Origin: Minisyncoccota bacterium | Lineage (GTDB): Bacteria > Patescibacteriota > Minisyncoccia > Phycocordibacterales > UBA5272 | DNA length: 64,000 bases | Reading direction: 5' to 3' | Assembly: GCA_041651055.1 (NCBI GenBank) | Contig: JBAZJW010000004.1 | Coordinates: forward strand, 2,018 to 66,017 | In this document: positions 62,282 to 64,000 of the stretch, piece by piece | Numbering within the stretch: the stretch's first letter is position 1 | How the letters are laid out: each line of letters opens with the position of its first letter | The notes under the pieces: generated by a model | Databases searched by the model: none | What the model was told of the DNA's origin: nothing | What the model saw: only the letters and a program-made list of their open reading frames with translations | Position numbers and translations under genes: made by a program

Positions 62282-62686
62282 TCACTTACACACCTGTGTA
62301 GCGTTCCCGAATTCAGGGGCATCGGGAGTAACAGTCACCCCGCAGTTGATCGTAACGGACTTTGGTGTGCTCCACCCGTAGGTCAGAGCCTTCGTCCCGT
62401 CGCTCCGTGTCACCTCGACAACAGCCCCAAGGCGATACGAAAACGTACCGTCTGCAAGGCCGGTAATAGTCAAGTTGGTGCATCCCGGGAGACATTGTTG
62501 AGCCAAGAGTGAACCGTTCTGCTCAACCACATAATACTTGAACACAGGACTCATCGAAGCAGGGAATACGCTCGACCTCGGCGTGGGGTCGTCAAGGGAT
62601 TTCGTCACCTGAATCGTGACATCATGGGCCTGTGCGAAGGTTGCGAAGGCCAGTACCAGAATCACCGTTGCGAATAGCTTTTTCAT
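62282..62686 (-). CDS. secreted beta-rich protein with signal peptide (134 aa)
   Basis: MKKLFATVILVLAFATFAQA-HD. Confidence 0.5.
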   Translation of the reverse strand: MKKLFATVILVLAFATFAQAHDVTIQVTKSLDDPTPRSSVFPASMSPVFKYYVVEQNGSLLAQQCLPGCTNLTITGLADGTFSYRLGAVVEVTRSDGTKALTYGWSTPKSVTINCGVTVTPDAPEFGNATQVCK

Positions 62687-62694
62687 AAATCCTC

Positions 62695-64000
62695 CTATTT
62701 GAACGTCGTCCCGTTCATAATGCAGCCTTGGGCGGTTGGGGGTGTTGAGCCATACTCATACGCCCCAATGTCGTACCCTGCCCCCTGCGGCCTAGTGATA
62801 ACTGTCGCTAGTCCCGCTCCGTTAATGCAGCCGTTATATGGACTTCCGAGGGTGTAGCCGTTATTAATCGCATCACCTGACGAAATCGCAAAATAGGTAG
62901 TATTTGGGATCATGTCGGTCCCATATGTTCCGCTGAAGCCCGTTGGGATAGTACCGCCTGTGAAAGCTGGGTTGGTCTTTTTTGCTGAAGTCTCCAAACT
63001 GGTTGTGAAGTCATTGACTCCACCATTTCTATGGTAGTTGACACCACCAGATTCAACGTGAGTATCGGTGGCACTTGATGATCTATAGTACAGATTATTA
63101 CTGTGATTTATGTGACTAAAACTGTTTGTTGAGTCCTCCCCAACAAGTATTGTGGAGGTTGAATTTAAAATATTGTTCTTAAAATCAATAGTACCAGTCG
63201 ATGCAGTCACCAACGTCCTAAATAGATGTGTAGGTGAGTAACCACCTTGGAGCATGGTATTATTATAAATTCCGATATTAGCACCTACATAATTACCTGA
63301 TGTTAAAGACACCATCCCTCCAATGATGATGTTTCCATAAATATATACTGAATCAATCGGGTTGTTATAAGCCGCTGGTATTCCTATTGCATTTGGACTT
63401 GCATAGATGATATTATATCTAAACACTACATTTTCTGGAGATCCATAATATCCACTATAGGTAGGGAGTCCATACGTCCCTACTGCAAATGCTGAAAAAT
63501 TCCCAATGATATTGTAGATTGTATTGTACTCTAATGTGATATTGTCAGCATTGTTAAAACAGTCTATTCCATTTCCCCTATTTGTACCAGATACCTGTCC
63601 AGTATCATGAACAGTGTTGCCTCTAACTGTTATGTTATAATTGCGGTTTGGTATATTGTCTTGCCAGTAATGATAGATAGTTATTCCCTCATGACCCGTA
63701 TGATGGACATGACAATTTTTTATAGTTACATTACTAACTGTGTGAGAGTCTCTCGGCCCAAGATGTATCCCATAATAAAACTGCGACCCACTGTCAGTTG
63801 TTCTATTATTTGTGACCTCACAGTTATCTATTGTTATATCAGATATAGTATAATATAGACCAGCCCTGATCTGCGAGATGTTATGATTGTTGCCATCGAC
63901 TTTGAAACCCTGGAAAACTACGTTACTCTGGTAAATATCAACCATAGACCAACCACTGCTATCTGTAGATGCTTGTAAAGTTGCTCTAGTTCCTGTCCCC
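62695..64000 (-). CDS. beta-helix (pectin-lyase-fold) tailspike/depolymerase-like protein, 5' partial (N-terminus beyond window end)
   Basis: Frame stays open upstream of the M at 63945, to the window edge. Repeats such as VSNVTIKNCHVHHTGHEGITIYHY and NITVRGNTVHDTGQVSG. Confidence 0.6.
   Translation of the reverse strand, partial: GTGTRATLQASTDSSGWSMVDIYQSNVVFQGFKVDGNNHNISQIRAGLYYTISDITIDNCEVTNNRTTDSGSQFYYGIHLGPRDSHTVSNVTIKNCHVHHTGHEGITIYHYWQDNIPNRNYNITVRGNTVHDTGQVSGTNRGNGIDCFNNADNITLEYNTIYNIIGNFSAFAVGTYGLPTYSGYYGSPENVVFRYNIIYASPNAIGIPAAYNNPIDSVYIYGNIIIGGMVSLTSGNYVGANIGIYNNTMLQGGYSPTHLFRTLVTASTGTIDFKNNILNSTSTILVGEDSTNSFSHINHSNNLYYRSSSATDTHVESGGVNYHRNGGVNDFTTSLETSAKKTNPAFTGGTIPTGFSGTYGTDMIPNTTYFAISSGDAINNGYTLGSPYNGCINGAGLATVITRPQGAGYDIGAYEYGSTPPTAQGCIMNGTTFK

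Noticed and set aside
1-64000. Searched visually for tRNA-like T-arm motifs (GGTTCGAATCC-type), CRISPR repeat arrays, reverse-transcriptase/DGR template-variable repeat pairs and integrase or attachment sites
   Set aside because: No regularly spaced repeats and no RT or integrase-like ORFs were seen. None of the GC-rich non-coding segments (6324-6430, 9752-9912, 16077-16366) shows the cloverleaf anchor motifs. A tRNA scan by software is still advisable.

Overview
The window looks like most of a tailed dsDNA phage (Caudoviricetes) genome, or an excised-looking prophage. No host housekeeping genes, tRNAs, CRISPR arrays or integrase are visible.

Organisation: a control region at about 3.9-4.25 kb carries back-to-back consensus sigma70-type promoters (TTGACA-N17-TATAAT/TATACT).
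- Leftward arm (3683 down past position 1): an HTH protein plus two structural-looking proteins. The gene runs off the window start.
- Rightward early/middle arm (about 29 kb, 4.4-33.0 kb):
  - Many small ORFs preceded by a conserved AAAAGAGAGGAGAC(TAAC) initiation motif.
  - Promoter-proximal AT-rich iteron regions.
  - Replication/recombination genes: a Cas4/RecB-like exonuclease, a J-domain protein, a vWA protein, an AAA_24/Sak4-like ATPase, a ParB-DNA methyltransferase fusion, a family-A DNA polymerase with an N-terminal UDG-like domain, and two paralogous HNH_3-like endonuclease-like genes.
  - A GC-richer accessory island (16.1-18.8 kb) with its own G-rich RBS style, embedded in this arm.
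  - A roughly 6.5-kb biosynthetic-looking cluster (19.0-25.5 kb), also embedded: an AsnB-like amidotransferase, two radical SAM enzymes (one with a SPASM-like C-terminus), an RmlD-like reductase, a SAM methyltransferase and glycosyltransferases.
- Structural/lysis module (33.0 kb to the window end), all on the minus strand:
  - Beta-helix tailspikes.
  - A lysis cassette with holin- and spanin-like genes.
  - An 894-aa protein ending in an RlpA-like double-psi beta-barrel domain.
  - Large terminase, portal, a GNAT, scaffold and capsid.
  - A Wzy_C (O-antigen ligase / O-oligosaccharyltransferase-like) polytopic membrane protein with TPRs.
  - Tail proteins and a 1425-aa virion protein.

Main candidate for a novel system: a phage-encoded glycan biosynthesis and glycosyl-transfer system. 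It combines the 19-25.5 kb biosynthetic cluster with the Wzy_C-like membrane protein sitting inside the virion structural operon. All functional calls rest on motif reading only; no database searches were run.
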